NCBI GenBank assembly: GCA_964016885.1
Contig: OZ024741.1
Location: 338,458,001 to 338,522,000 of the forward strand
Direction of reading: 5' to 3'
DNA from: Eledone cirrhosa
Lineage: Eukaryota
DNA length: 64,000 nt
Shown: in pieces, positions 51,230 to 64,000 of the stretch
Layout of the letters: the number at the start of each line of letters is the position of its first letter
How positions within the stretch are numbered: position 1 is the stretch's first letter
Program-made: the position numbers and the translations under genes
The notes under the pieces: generated by a model
What the model was told of the DNA's origin: nothing
Databases searched by the model: none
The model's input: the letters and a program-made list of their open reading frames with translations, nothing else

Positions 51230-53771
51230 CCACCCACGGAGGAAGTGCAAGAATTCTGGGAAAAGATCTGCGCCGAAGAAATAATATACATAATATACAT
51301 GCCCCATGGATAGACAGACAAATGAAAAATACAGCTCACCTTGAGGAACAAACATGGGAAATATAACAGTTGAACATCTGCGTTTAGCTCTTAGAAAATC
51401 CAGCAAATGGAAATCCCCAGGGAAAGACAAAATACTAAATTTTTGGATAAATGCCTTCACAGTGTCTCATGAGCTCTTAGCTCAACTTTACAATGAAATG
51501 GTTAAGGAGCCAGAAAAGATACCATCATGGCTAGTTAACGGCATTACATTCCTACTTCCGAAGAATGATGAGACAAACAATCCCCAAAATTACAGACCAA
51601 TAACTTGCTTGACCACAATGTATAAAATCTTAACATCAATCCTAACTGAATATACATATGATTACCTGATAACAAATGATCAATTTCCCAATGGCAGAAA
51701 GGATGTAAACGAAACCCATATGGCTGTAAAGATCAGCTTTTGATTAACAAAATGATACTGGAAAATTGTCATAATAGACACAAAAATGTATCAATTGCTT
51801 GGATAGATTACAAAAAAGCATTTGATAGTTTGCCACACAGTTGGATTGAAAAGTGTTTAGAGATTTTCACAATATCTCCCGTTGTCAGGAGGTTCCTGTC
51901 ATTCAGTATGAAGACATGGAAAACGACACTCATTTTAAACAGTGAAAAAAAATCCCTGGAAGCTGGAGAAGTTAATATTAATTGTGGAATTTTTCAGGGT
52001 AACTCTTTATCACCGCTTTTATTCTGCATCGCACTTATACCATTAAGTAAAATGCTCAATGAAACAAAACATGATATAGAGTCTATGACAAAACCCTAAA
52101 TCACTTGTTCTACATGGATGACCTAAAACTATTTACAAAAAATGATGAGCAATTGCACGGGCTATTATCCACTGTGAAGCAGTTCAGTGATGATATTAAA
52201 ATGGAGTTTGGACTAGATAAATGCACCAAAGCCACATTCACCAGAGGAAAGCTGCTGAGAAGTTCAGACATTAATTTTGATCGGTGGAATGTAATAAGAG
52301 AACTTGATCAAGAAGAAAATTACAAATATCTAGGTGCTTGTGAAGGTGACGGAATCAAGCACTTGACAATGAAGGAAAGGATAAGGAAAGAATGTTACCG
52401 CAAAGTAAGAGCAATTTTAAGAATGGAGTTGAATGCAAGGAATAGGATCGATGCCATAAACACATTTGCTATACCAGTAGTAACTTACAGTTTCAATGTC
52501 ATCAAATAGTCAAGCACAGAGATCCGTAGGCTCGATACAAAAATTAGAAAATTCTTAACCATGCACAGAATACATCACCCTAAGGCAGATACAGACTGAA
52601 TATATCTCCCTAGGAAAGGAGGACGTGGATTAATCCAGTTATATATTGCTTTGAAAACTACAACAATTGGATTATCTACATATCTAAGGGAGGCACATGA
52701 TTGGATGATCAAACTCGTTCTGAAACATGAAAGCATCAAAAGATCATACTCCATTACAAAAGATGCACAAAGATACAGTAATGAACTATAAATTTCACAA
52801 GTTCCCTTTACTGCTGAAATGAAAAACACAGAAAAAGCAAAGCAGGTAAAAGTAACTGCAAAGAAAGAACTGCTAAAGAAACTGGCTAAGAAATGGCAAG
52901 AAAAGCCTCTGTATGGAAAATACCCAGAAAAAGCTAACAAACCTGATGGTGACAAAACTTTAACCCATCAATTGTTGGTATCCTCTGGACTGAAATCGGA
53001 GACTGAAGGACTGATTATATCAGCACAAGATCAGTGTCTGCCAACAAAAAATGATCAAGCCAACATCATAAACAATAGATGCAACCCATTATGCCGTGTA
53101 TGTAAAAAACAACCAGAGATCATTGATCATATAATTTCAATGTGCAGTCCTATAGCTCCAACCAAATACATACATTGGATAATGTGTAAGCATTTTGACC
53201 TGCCCCATCAAAAGAATTGGTGAGAGCATCAACCACCTCCCGTGCTTGAAAAAGGTCACATCTCAATTTTGTGGAACTTTAGCATCCAAACAGACTGAAA
53301 AATAGATGCAAATAGACCTGATATAATACTGAAGGACTTTAAAAAGAGGGTATGCCTGCTAATTGATATGTCCGTCTATAGGCAAGAATGTATCTATAAA
53401 AACATTTGAAAAATTGAGCAAGTATAAAGACCTGGAGATAAAGATTGGAAAAATGTGGAAGTTGAGAACTAAAACAATACCAGTGTTTGTAGGTGCTCTA
53501 GGAATGATACCTAAGGGGTCTAATGATTACTTATCTCAAATCCCAGGAAACCCGCATATAGAAGAAATACAAAAGATAGTACTAATGGGAACTGCCCATA
53601 TACTAAGGAAGATTCTGTCACAAGTCTAAACACCTAAAGATACATGTATGTGTGTATATGTTCTTTCTTGAACATGGCAGACCTTGTTGTCTCTTCAGGT
53701 CACAGGTTGTTACTTGGTGATAACTCATATGAACATAAAGCAAGATAAATAAAAAAAATAAAAAAATTAAA

Positions 53772-53812
<41 letters not shown>
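51230..53812 (+). mobile_element. R4/Dong-clade non-LTR retrotransposon (RT plus RLE), 5'-truncated, (TAA)n tail
   Basis: WKSPGKD, YRPITCL, WIDYKKAFDS, GIFQGNSLSPL, FYMDDLKL, CRVC...HI, NRPDII, EKLSKYKDL. Confidence 0.9.
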
Positions 53813-53814
<2 letters not shown>

Positions 53815-53817
<3 letters not shown>

Positions 53818-54950
53818 TTTTTATTAACCACAAGGGTTTACATAAAGTAGACATTAAGGAGAGTACAGGACAATACAGGATGGTACAAATGGGCATCTCT
53901 GCGTGTAAAAAACAAAAACAGAGGATGTAACAAAAAATATAATGAAAAATTCCCCAATACGGGGGAGACTTCCGAGGGACATTCATGGAGAAAGCCCATT
54001 AAAAAGCCACAGTGACCCTGACCACCAGGGCAAGTGCCCTCTCCCAGTTTTCCACCTTTAATTTACAGACACATACTCAGAGTAGGCCCATTCACTTGGG
54101 TCATTCTTGCCTCTCTCACCCATCTTTCAACAAAATGCTGGGAAGAGAGCACTTCCCTCTCTACACTGATTTTCCTTTTCAAATGAAATTTGAAAAAGTT
54201 AATTAGGGCATCACCGAAGAGGTAAGTGCTCGTCTTCAGCCCTTTCAAACGTGTCCACCATACTATCTCTTTCGCCAAGGCCACCAGACAGATAAAAACT
54301 GCCTGCCCTTCCCGGCTAAAGGAAGAGGGCGGGGCAATCCTGACGATGGACTCAGCTGATAGCTGGATCCATCCTACACGCGACAGCAGGTGTTCAACAT
54401 AAACCCACAAGTCAGCAATGCTTGGACACTGGACGAGTGCGTGCAGGACGGTTTCGTCGCCCTGCGCGCATCTCGAACATGTCCGGCTGATGGCACCTCC
54501 ATGCCTGTACAGTTTATCCCGAACTGGCAAAGCTCCTCGGTAGCACTGCCAGGCCAGGGATTTCTGGAAGTTGTCCATAGGCCCCGGCCCAAAAGTTCTT
54601 CCGAAGAGATTGGCTAGTTGATTTTCGTTGACGCCTAGATTTTCCCCAAGTACGTCGTCGCTCTTCCCCTCCACTAATCCTCTATAGAACGCCAAGGTGG
54701 ACTTTCCACTGATCACATTGCCCAATTGGTCGAGGGCTGTGAGCGCCTGAAGACATTCCAATCTCCAAGCGCTCCCTCTCGGTCTTTGCTTGACCCAGGA
54801 CTGCAGCTCCATCAAGGAGACAAGCTGGGGAAAGACGTGTCTAGCAAACGGCGACCACACCTGATCACCGTCGAGGAAGAGGTGGAGATGTCGTAGCCTG
54901 AACACGTGTCTGCGCATCATTAGCCATGGCATGCCCAGCCCTCCACGTAG
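53815..54950 (-). mobile_element. Tx1/L1-clade LINE 3' portion (second copy)
   Basis: ORF 54063-54932 is clearly similar to the products of 49927-50778. Confidence 0.9.
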
Positions 54951-57900
54951 AAATCACCGGTAGTTAAGTAACCATACATTCACCAATCCTCGATATGAGT
55001 GCTTAAATGTCGAACCTAAACAGTTCGAATAACGGTGGAGACTGGAATGTCATGTGACAGACTCTCACCCAGCAGGTGCTCCCTGGCCCAGCAGCAGGGA
55101 CCTGGCTGTCAACCAAATACTGCTGGTGTTGGAGGAAGAGGAAGAAGGAAAGGGACCAGAACCAACTGGACGAAAGAATTGAATAGAGCTGTTATGCAAT
55201 GTTACCTGAAGAGTAACCCCAAGGAAAAAGGCTATCGGAAACGGATGCATAACATCTGGAACGAGATTGGTCTATTTAAATTAGATGAACAAAAAGTGGC
55301 CGGGTAGGCTCGGGTAATAAGAACTGATGGGTGGATAAGCGAGCTGGAACTGGAGGAACTGAGCAGAGAGATTAGGTTGGAAATGGAGAGTGGAGTATGT
55401 CAGGAAAACAAGCCAGTGGGAAATGAAGGTGAAGAGGTTGAGAGAACGGAGGAAGCAGACAATGATCTGAATGCTGAAATAAATAATACCTGGAACAAAG
55501 ATACGGCCATTGAGGAAATGAATGCTGACGGGCTAGGACAAGATTTGGTTGATATCCTAAACTTAGTGGTAGATGAAATGAACAATGATAGTGGGAAACC
55601 TATGAACCTAAGATTTGTAAACAGGAAAAAGTTAAAAGAAACAACAGCTAAGGTAAACAAAGTCATCCCATACCTTGAGGCAAGGAGCCTTCACCAGTGC
55701 AACAATATCTTCAAAGCAACAGCAAATGCGGTGAGGAAATTACTTGGCATAAAAGCGAGAGGAAACAACAAGAAAGATCAGAACCTTGGTGGAAGAAACA
55801 ACTAAATGGTCAAATCAGGGAAATGAAAAATGACATTGGAAAGCTTGAGTCCCTACTGAATGGGACACTAAAAAACATAGACACTAAAAATAGACTGGAA
55901 ATAAAGTACAAAACTAGGAGGAAAAAGCTAAATATTATTATAGAGGAACTGAAGCAACGCATTGTAGCAAAGAGTGCAAAAATTAGGCGATACGAGAGCA
56001 GAGTCAGTCAGTATAGACAGAACCGCATGTTTGACAACAACCAGAAGATGTTGTTTGGACAGCTTGAAGGGAAAGAAAGAGGCAACGACTTGATCCCTGA
56101 GGCAGAACAAACTAAGACATTCTGGAGAGGAATATGGGAGCAGGATGTTAAACATAATGACCAGGCAGTGTGGATTGAGACAGTACAAAAGGAGATTAGT
56201 GAACAGGCACACGAACAAACTGATTTGAGTATCACAGTTAAAACTCTTAAGGGGCAGGCCAAAAAGCTAACCAACTGGAAATCACCAGGCCCTGATGGTG
56301 TGCAGGGGTATTGGATTAAAAACATAACATCTCTCCACCCGAAACTGACAACCATGTTCAATGACTGCTTGATGTCAGGTGAGGTACCAGAGTGGTTGAC
56401 AAAAGATACCACAGTTCTGGTAATGAAAGACCGAATCAAGGGTAATGATGTTACCAACTATAGACCTATCACATGTCTGTCCGTAATGTTGAAACTGTTA
56501 ACAAGCATTGTGTCTGAGGAAATCTACCATCACCTCTGCACAAACAACTTGTTACCGGACGAACAGAAAGGATGCCGAAAGAAGTCCCGTAGTACAAAGG
56601 ACCAGTTACTTATTGATAAGATGGTAATGAGGAATTGCAAGAGGAGACACACTGGTCTTGCCATGGGATGGATAGACTACAAAAAGGCATTTGACATGGT
56701 GCCTCATTCTTGGATCACCAAAAGCCTAGAGATCTTCAAGGTGGCAGATAACATCAGACAGTTGTTGGGCAAAAGTATGAAGTCCTGGAAAACAGAGTTA
56801 ACATCGGCTGGAGAATCCTTGGGAGGCGTGAAGATGAAGAGAGGTATCTTCCAGGGAGATAGTCTGTCCCCTCTGTTGTTTGTCCTTGCCCTGATACCCC
56901 TGACCATTATACTGCGAAAAGTGAGAGCAGGATACAAGTTGGGAAAGGGAGAGCTTACCATCAATCACCTCCTCTTCATGGACGATCTTAAGCTCTTCGG
57001 GAAGAGTGAGAAGGAGTTGGATGTGCTTGTTGACACTGTCCGTATTTTCAGCAATGATATATGTATGCAATTTGGTATTAATAAGTGTGGAGTCCTTGTG
57101 ATGAAGAAGGGTAAATTGAGCAGAAGCAACGGAATCCAGGTACCAACAGGTGAGATGATAAAGGAAATTGACACTGAAGAAGGATACAAATATTTAGGTG
57201 TTCTGGAGGCTGATGACATCAAGAACAAAAGAATGAAGGAATTGATAAGATCTGAATACATTCGGAGAGTAAGGAGCGTATTAAAATCACATCTGAACAG
57301 TAGGAATGCCATAAGTGCAGTAAATTCCTGAGCTGTGTCTATTATTAGATACAGTGCGGGAATTCTGAGATGGAATGTTGCTGAACAAAAAGAAATGGAT
57401 AGGAAGACTAGGAAGCTATTGACTATCTACAACATATTCCACAAGAAGAGTGATGTCGATAGACTCTCCTTAAGGAGATCTGAAGGTGGAAGAGGTCTTA
57501 TCAGCATAGAGGACTGTGTTCAGATGGAGAAAAACAACCTACACAAATATGTGACTGATAGTAGGGAGCCAATGCTCAGAATTGTACTGAAGGAGAGGAC
57601 AATAGACCAGGGGATGTCCAAGGAGGAAATAACAAGGAGAAAGAACCATCCCTTCATAGTACCTTCTTTGAGAAAACTGAATTCAGAGATCTACAGACAT
57701 GGAACTGGTTGAAAAGAGGAGACCTTAAAAAGGCTACAGAAGGAATGCTAATGGCTGCGCAAGAGCAGACCCTCAAAACGAAGTGGCTGAAACACCATAT
57801 TTACAAGGAGGAGGCTAGCCCACTGTGTAGGATCTGTGGAGAGAGAGAGGAGACTGTGGTTCACATTGTATCCGAGTGTAAACACCTAGCCCAGACTCAC

Positions 57901-58495
57901 TATAAAGGCTGGAGACATGATGTGATGGGCAGGGTGATCCACTAGCACCTATGCAAAGTAAACAATTTACCACATTCTGAGAAGTGGTATGAGCATAAGC
58001 CAGAGTTGGGGATAGAAAACGGTCAGGTGAAGGTGCTATGGAATTTTAGGATACAGACGGACAAGAAACTGGAACACAATAGGCCTGACCTGGTGGTTTT
58101 GGACAAGGAAAAAAGATTGTGCCTGATTGTAGATGTAGCCTGCCTATTTGACACAAGAGTGCAAGAAAAGGAGAGGGAGAAAATTAACCGATACCAGGAC
58201 TTAAAGTGGGAGGTAAAAAGGATTTGGAACTGCCATGAAGTCAGAGTCGTCCCGATTGTCATAGGCGCACTAGGTACTATCTCAAAGAGTTTCCAAGGAT
58301 GGTTAAAGAAAATTAGTCCGGCCCTGCTTTTTGGAACACTTCAAAAGGCATGCTTGCTGGGAACAGCAAGAACCCTCCGATACGTCCTGAATATCTGAGG
58401 CTGCAGGTAGCGGCTTGATATTCATTTCAACAAACTTTCCAGTTAAATAACATCAATGACTGAGACTCAAAGAACAATAATAATAATAATAATAA
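54950..58495 (+). mobile_element. Near full-length R4/Dong-clade retrotransposon with few disabling mutations, (TAA)n tail
   Basis: 544-aa ORF 55697-57331 with RT motifs (GIFQGDSLSPL, LFMDDLK), then CRIC...HI..C...RHD, and RLE HNRPDLV...VDVAC...EKINRYQDL. Confidence 0.92.
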
Positions 58496-60017
58496 TCGCT
58501 TCTACATTTGGCAATTGACTGGTACTTTATTTTATCGACCCCAGAAGAATAAAAGGCAATGTTAAGCTCAGCTGGATTTGAATTCAGAAACTAAAAAGCC
58601 AGAAAACACTATTTTAAGTCATTTTGTCTACCACTAATAACCCTGCCGATCAGCAAGTAACAATAATATTTTCACGCTATTCCTTATCAGCAATATTGAC
58701 AAACTTTCTTAGATATACATGTTATGATCCTTCAATAGGGTATTGTAGTATTTTTTTTTTTTTTTTGTAATCAAATAAAATGTCATATGAAATGAAAGAA
58801 AATTTAACACATCTTTAGATATTTTTTCTTGGGGTTTTTGAGTGCTGCCTTTTGTGTCTGTGAATGTTAAATTAGTGTCTGGCTGAAAAACTCACGTCTT
58901 TTTTCATCATGTGAACATAAAAACAAATCTTTGATTTATGTGGGAGCTACTGCATTATTTTTGCCAAGTCCTTTGTAATCATTATTCATTCAACAAGTCT
59001 TTCAATTTTAAAAGTTCTCACACCCATTTCAATATAAAACTACATCATAGCTATACAAAATATCAATAATAGAAATATCTAGAGATTGTTTTTCTTGAAA
59101 CACCTGTTAATCAATTATATTTTTGTAGTTGTTAATTTGTTTTATGCTTTAAGATTTTTACCTGTTGTTTTCGTACAGAGTTGTATTTTAATTTGTACAC
59201 TATATTAACATCTCTCAAATTTCTATTTTGTTATTTAATAATTGCAACAATTTTTTTCTAGTTACATCTAATTTCCTTTTTTAATTTTTTTAAAATAAAT
59301 CTTTTAAGAAAGCATGCTAAACAAAGGGACTAAAGAATTCTTCAGTTATGTCAAAAACATGACAACTTTCCTAGTGCTGGTGTCATGGCGTCACAATAAA
59401 ATATATTCGATAGAGTGCAGGGAATATACATAAGTGAGATACATCAGACGACATTGGAAAACCTCCTGCTTTCACCTCTATACATGTCATCTAGCTTCTG
59501 ATATTGGTCTTTGCTGCTCCCATTTTTCCAGCCTTTTCATAACAGTCTCTTGGCTTTCACAACTCTATCAACAGTGATATTCCACCACCAGGTAACCCTC
59601 AGCTTGGCTGATACCTTACTCTAGCCACAAGTCTTGTCAGTAGCCTGCAGTTGGCTATCTTGTAGAAACTTCCACTTGTCTTCTATATCATATGTATCTA
59701 ACTCCTCTTCTCTCTCATCATATGCATCACATAGAGCTTTCCTGAAACATGATTTAATAGAATGGTCCTTTAGCTTCCATATTCCCTTCCTCCAGATTTT
59801 CCTGCATTTATTGTTCTGTCTTGTTCTTATTCTGATGTCAACAATTACTAATTTATGTTACAAAAAAAAAAAAATTATAGTTTTTTTTATATTTGTTACA
59901 TATTTTTGTTAGATAATTTTTTTTTTATTATTTCAACCCTTTGAAATATTTATAGGTCACAATTTATAACCTCAGTAGGATAATGACTTTTGAAGTCATC
60001 TTGTATTTTATTAGGTA

Positions 60018-60656
60018 CTAGCAGTGGTACCCGGCGTTGCATGGGATAAGGTATTTTGGAATGCGGGCCGCCAACAGACTTAATCGTGGAAAAACTGCAT
60101 GCCTGGACAATATGTAAAGAAAATAAACTGAATACTCTGATGGCTGTATAATCTTTAAGATTTTTCTCGATGAAGCAGGAAAAATACAGGTTATCACCTA
60201 ATGCAGCCCTAGGGGATGAAGAAAATGAATTTTTTTTATGTGCATAATATGCCTTGAAATTTCAGGAAAATTTGGCTAGATGTAATGTCTCAAAAAAGCC
60301 CTAAAAAGCTGAAAAAATGAAGTTTTTCGCCTAATGCGGGCCCTAGGCCATAAAAAAGATGGATTTTCTTTGCTCGCGGTGTGAAGCAGAGGCTGACTAA
60401 TACATAGTTACAATTTCAAGAGAATCGGTCTGATGTAACGCCTCAAAAAATTCCTAAAAAGCTGAAAAAACGCAGTTTTTCACCTAATGAAAAGTTGAAT
60501 TTTTTTATGTGCATAAATCTCCCTGAAACATAAGTAATACACATGCAAAGTTTGAAAAATATCGGTTGGGTACTTCTCGAGTTTTAGGGATTCAAACTCA
60601 CAGACACACACACACACACACACACAGACATCCTCAGTTTTATATATATATATAGA
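60018..60656 (-). mobile_element. Non-autonomous Helitron-like element
   Basis: On the minus strand it starts with TC, ends in CTAG preceded by a GC-rich hairpin-like sequence (60030-60045), sits between A and T, and has an internal (CA)n. Confidence 0.7.
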
Positions 60657-62019
60657 TGACTCTTAAAATCATCCTGTAGGTTTGAAATTAATTTGTTGAG
60701 TTTGTTCTCAAAGCTTTGTTCATTTAGACAAATCATTTTTATACAACTAACTTCATTTTGTATTTGTTCACATTGATATTAATATAAATTATAACACATA
60801 TTTGATATTCCATGCCAAAGCGATCTTCTATCCTTTGCACTACATATGATTCCCCTTATACCTAGTTTTTCTTTCAACTCATCTTTGCTTCATTGTTCAT
60901 GCATATTGACATTACACATCCTAGCTTTATAGTTAGTGCCCATGTCTTACTACCATGCAGCATTGCACTGTGTATGCAGGCATCATATGATCTAGCCTTC
61001 ACTCGAAGAGAGAATCCCTTTGTTGTCAGCAGAGATACTAACTCCCTGAACTTGGTTCACCTTTTCAAACCAACCTTTTCTACTGCTAACTTGCTCACCT
61101 AGATAACAAAAGATATCAACTACTTCTAAGGTACCTTCTTAATAATAATTGTTTCTATTTTAGGCACAAGGCCAGCAATTACCCAGTGCATTACTGGTAC
61201 TTTATTTTATCGACCCCGTAAGGATGAAAGGCAAAGTCAACCTCGGCGGGATTTGAACTCAGATCGTAAAGGGACGTAACTATGCTGGAAAGCATGGCGT
61301 CCAACCCTCTACCGATACTGCCAATCCACTGCCCATTGGGTATTGCTCTGTCTTGTATTACCTGGTTGACTATGTGAGTGACTAGCTCACAGACAGGCCA
61401 ATGGTTTTTCCTCTCTTCATTACTTTACTGGTGTCTTTAATCATATAACTGTCAATCTCAATAGCTGACCCCTCTTGGGCTACTGGAGGCAGTCACACTT
61501 CTTCCCACACATTCTCCACATTTAGTAACCTTTCATAACTTTCCTATCCTTCTTTCTTCTGAGTATCTGAGGCTAAGTGCTGTAAAGTGGACTGCAAAAA
61601 GCACCCAGCATACACTGTCAATCTGGTTGGCGTTAGGAAGGGCATCCAGCCATAGAAAACCAGCCCCCAAACACCCAGCCCACACTGTAAAGTGGACATG
61701 TAAAATACATGGCAAGAAGCCCCCAGCACACACTGTCAATGTGGTTGGCATTAGGAAGGGCATCCAGCCGTAGAAAACCAGCCAGAAACACTCCTATATG
61801 AGCAAGACATAGTCACCCGACCCAACTTGCCTTTAAATGGGACAAAACCGTCTAACCCATGCTAGCCTGGAAGATAGACATTAATCGATGATGATGATGG
61901 TGCATTCTTCTTTGCGGAAGGATTCAGTATTTATATTCATCTACCTATCCCATGTTCTAACATGTACAAAGTCAATTTGGCTTGTGTGTTCACCTGATTG
62001 ATAGGTGATCAGATGGCTG

Positions 62020-62550
62020 GTATGTTTCCTGAAGTTAGTGTTGCAAATAGTTAGTTCATTTGCATCAGAGAATTCTAGGAGTCTCACTCCCTCTTCATTT
62101 CTCAAGCCATAACCCTATCCACTGTGTACTCCAATGTAGCCATCCTAGTGCTGCCCAACATGTCCACTGAAGTCACCAACTAGAATGATGAGGTCTCTGT
62201 CATCAGTAACTGAGGTGGTCTGTAACAGTTCTTCATAGAGATGGTCTCTTTTTTTTTCTTTACTTAAATCTGCTTGTGATGCATAACTAGAGATAATTGT
62301 TGTCATTCTATGACCTACAGCTATTCTAAGCTTGATAATTCTGTCACTTACTCTAACTACTTTGATTACCTTATTTATCCACTTCTCAACTAGTAGAATT
62401 CCTATTTCACCAACCCCATCATCATTTCATACAAAGAAAAGCCTATATTTATGCTGTTTGCTGGTGAGTAATCTTGTTGAAGCACCGCTCCATCTCAGCT
62501 GTTGAACACAACACATATTCACACATCTCCTCTCAAGCATCTCCACTACA
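62020..62550 (-). mobile_element. RTE-like APE endonuclease fragment, decayed
   Basis: Minus-strand remnants of GVGEIGILL, VGDFSGHVG and G-RLLEF...NTXF motifs. Confidence 0.6.
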
Positions 62551-62741
62551 ATGGTGGGCTGAAAAGTTCATAGGCTGACTATGAAGGAGTGTGCATTGTG
62601 ATATAGAATGCAAATTAAGAATTTTTTTCCACAAGATAACTGCTTATAGAGACACTTTGGTTGAAGAGCTGTGAGTAGGCTGTTGATAAGGTTCCAAAGA
62701 AAGATTTTAACACTCAGAATCGGAGACAAACTCATATACTA

Positions 62742-62835
62742 AGCATATCTGATGACCTTTTGATTACAGCATCAGGTTCGATCTATAATAGGTCTTGCCT
62801 CGAGCTGATCGATAGTGAAACATATGTAATATGTT
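62742..62835 (+). ncRNA. Type-I hammerhead ribozyme with long stem II
   Basis: agcatat CTGATGA ...cagc...gctg... GAAA catatg TA atatgtt. Palindromic acatatgt, GUA triplet, 7-bp stem I. Confidence 0.75.
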
Positions 62836-62904
62836 ATTAAATATGTTATGATGCAACACTGAATCCTTATGGTATATTGCTAAATATACTATACATACAT
62901 TCAC

Positions 62905-63212
62905 GTATACATCACTATTTCAGAGCACCAATATTAATACTTAATTTTTGCTGGACTGGCAATCGCTCTGTGTAATCAGCTCCTGATTATTACTGGAATT
63001 CTATAATAATCCAGCTTCTACAATTTTCAGCAAAGGCAGGTGAGTGCGTCGCTTTGATAAATGCCAAACAGCAAGAAACAGCTGTCACCCCCTCTCTCCC
63101 AGCCTCTGCCGAAAATAAGTAAGTGACATAGTCACTACTTTAAAACTGATAGCGAATGGTCTTCTAAATGTTTTTAATTAAACGTACGGTATATTACCAA
63201 ATATACTGTATG
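62905..63212 (+). repeat. Solitary diverged ~305-bp retrozyme-like unit (family of 1-1177 and 5126-5505) with degenerate hammerhead 63054-63086
   Basis: Colinear with 5197-5490; core TTGATAA...GAAA cagctg TC. Confidence 0.75.
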
Positions 63213-63215
63213 TTT

Positions 63216-63536
63216 GGAGGCACATGGCTTATTTGTTAGAGCAGTGGTCTTGCAATCGAAAGGTTGTTAGTTCAATTCTCAGACCGGGTGATGTGTTGTT
63301 TCCTTGAGCAAGACACTTTATTTCACATTGCTCCAGTTTACTCAGCTGTAGAAATGAGATGATAGGGACTGGGGTCCCTATCATTCCACTGCAAAGTGGT
63401 CGTGTAGGCACCATGGAAAAAAAGCACTCAGCACTCACTGCAAATGAGGTTGGTGTTAGGAAGGGCATCCAGCTGTAGAAATCAAGCCAGAATCAGTTCT
63501 GTCCCACCCTTGCAAGCAGGGAAAAGCAGACGTAAA

Positions 63537-63568
<32 letters not shown>
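63216..63568 (+). mobile_element. tRNA-derived SINE (family of 30942-31282)
   Basis: Near-identical sequence and (GAT)n tail. Confidence 0.85.
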
Positions 63569-63589
63569 ACTATACATACATTCATATAT

Positions 63590-64000
63590 ATGTAAGGACA
63601 GTGCAAGCTATGTACAGGGGTGCTGTCAATAAAGTGAGAGTAGGCATGGAGTTTAGTGAGGAATTCCAGATACAAGTAGGTGTACATCAGGGTTCGGTCC
63701 TCAGCCCGCTCTTGTTCATTATAGTCCTCCAAGCCATAACAGAGGAGTTTAAGACTGGATGCCCATGGGAACTTCTCTATGCTGATGATCTGGTTCTTAT
63801 AGCAGAATCAGTAGAGGAGCTAGAGAATAAATTCTGGCTATGGAAACAGAAGTTGGAATCAAGAGGTCTGAGAGTGAACATAGCTAAGGCAAAAGTGTTG
63901 ATAAGTAAAAGAGAAGACAATACTCTGATTCCATCAAGGAAATGGCCATGTTCGATATGTAGGAAAGGAACTGGCATAAATTCCATAAAATGTACGCAAT
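63590..64000 (+). mobile_element. RTE-like LINE RT fragment running off the window end
   Basis: VGVHQGSVLSPLLF...GCPWELLYADDL...WPCSICRKG in frame on the plus strand. Confidence 0.88.

Overview
AT-rich, microsatellite-laden eukaryotic (metazoan) DNA. The SINE and LINE content and the gene type suggest a mollusc, probably an octopod cephalopod (inference). One host gene can be reconstructed by hand on the minus strand: 8 coding exons from 32059 to 17299, all GT-AG with consistent phases, about 380 aa. It encodes a signal peptide, 2-3 chitin-binding peritrophin-A-like modules and a LamG/ConA-like domain, resembling Pif/LamG3 shell-matrix proteins. The rest is mostly mobile-element debris: RTE-, Tx1/L1-, R4/Dong- and CRE-like non-LTR retrotransposons, SINEs, a Sola2-like DNA transposon, a non-autonomous Helitron and Penelope-like (PLE) remnants. 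The most striking signal is invisible in the ORF track: about 20 type-I hammerhead ribozyme (HHR) or HHR-like motifs, about 18 of them in the first 20 kb. They include a tandem array of apparently identical 310-bp units each carrying an HHR (retrozyme-like, predicted to yield ~310-nt linear or circular RNAs), related ~311-bp units with different hairpin cassettes, and HHRs in inverted PLE terminal repeats. Most long ORFs in the supplied track are microsatellite artefacts.
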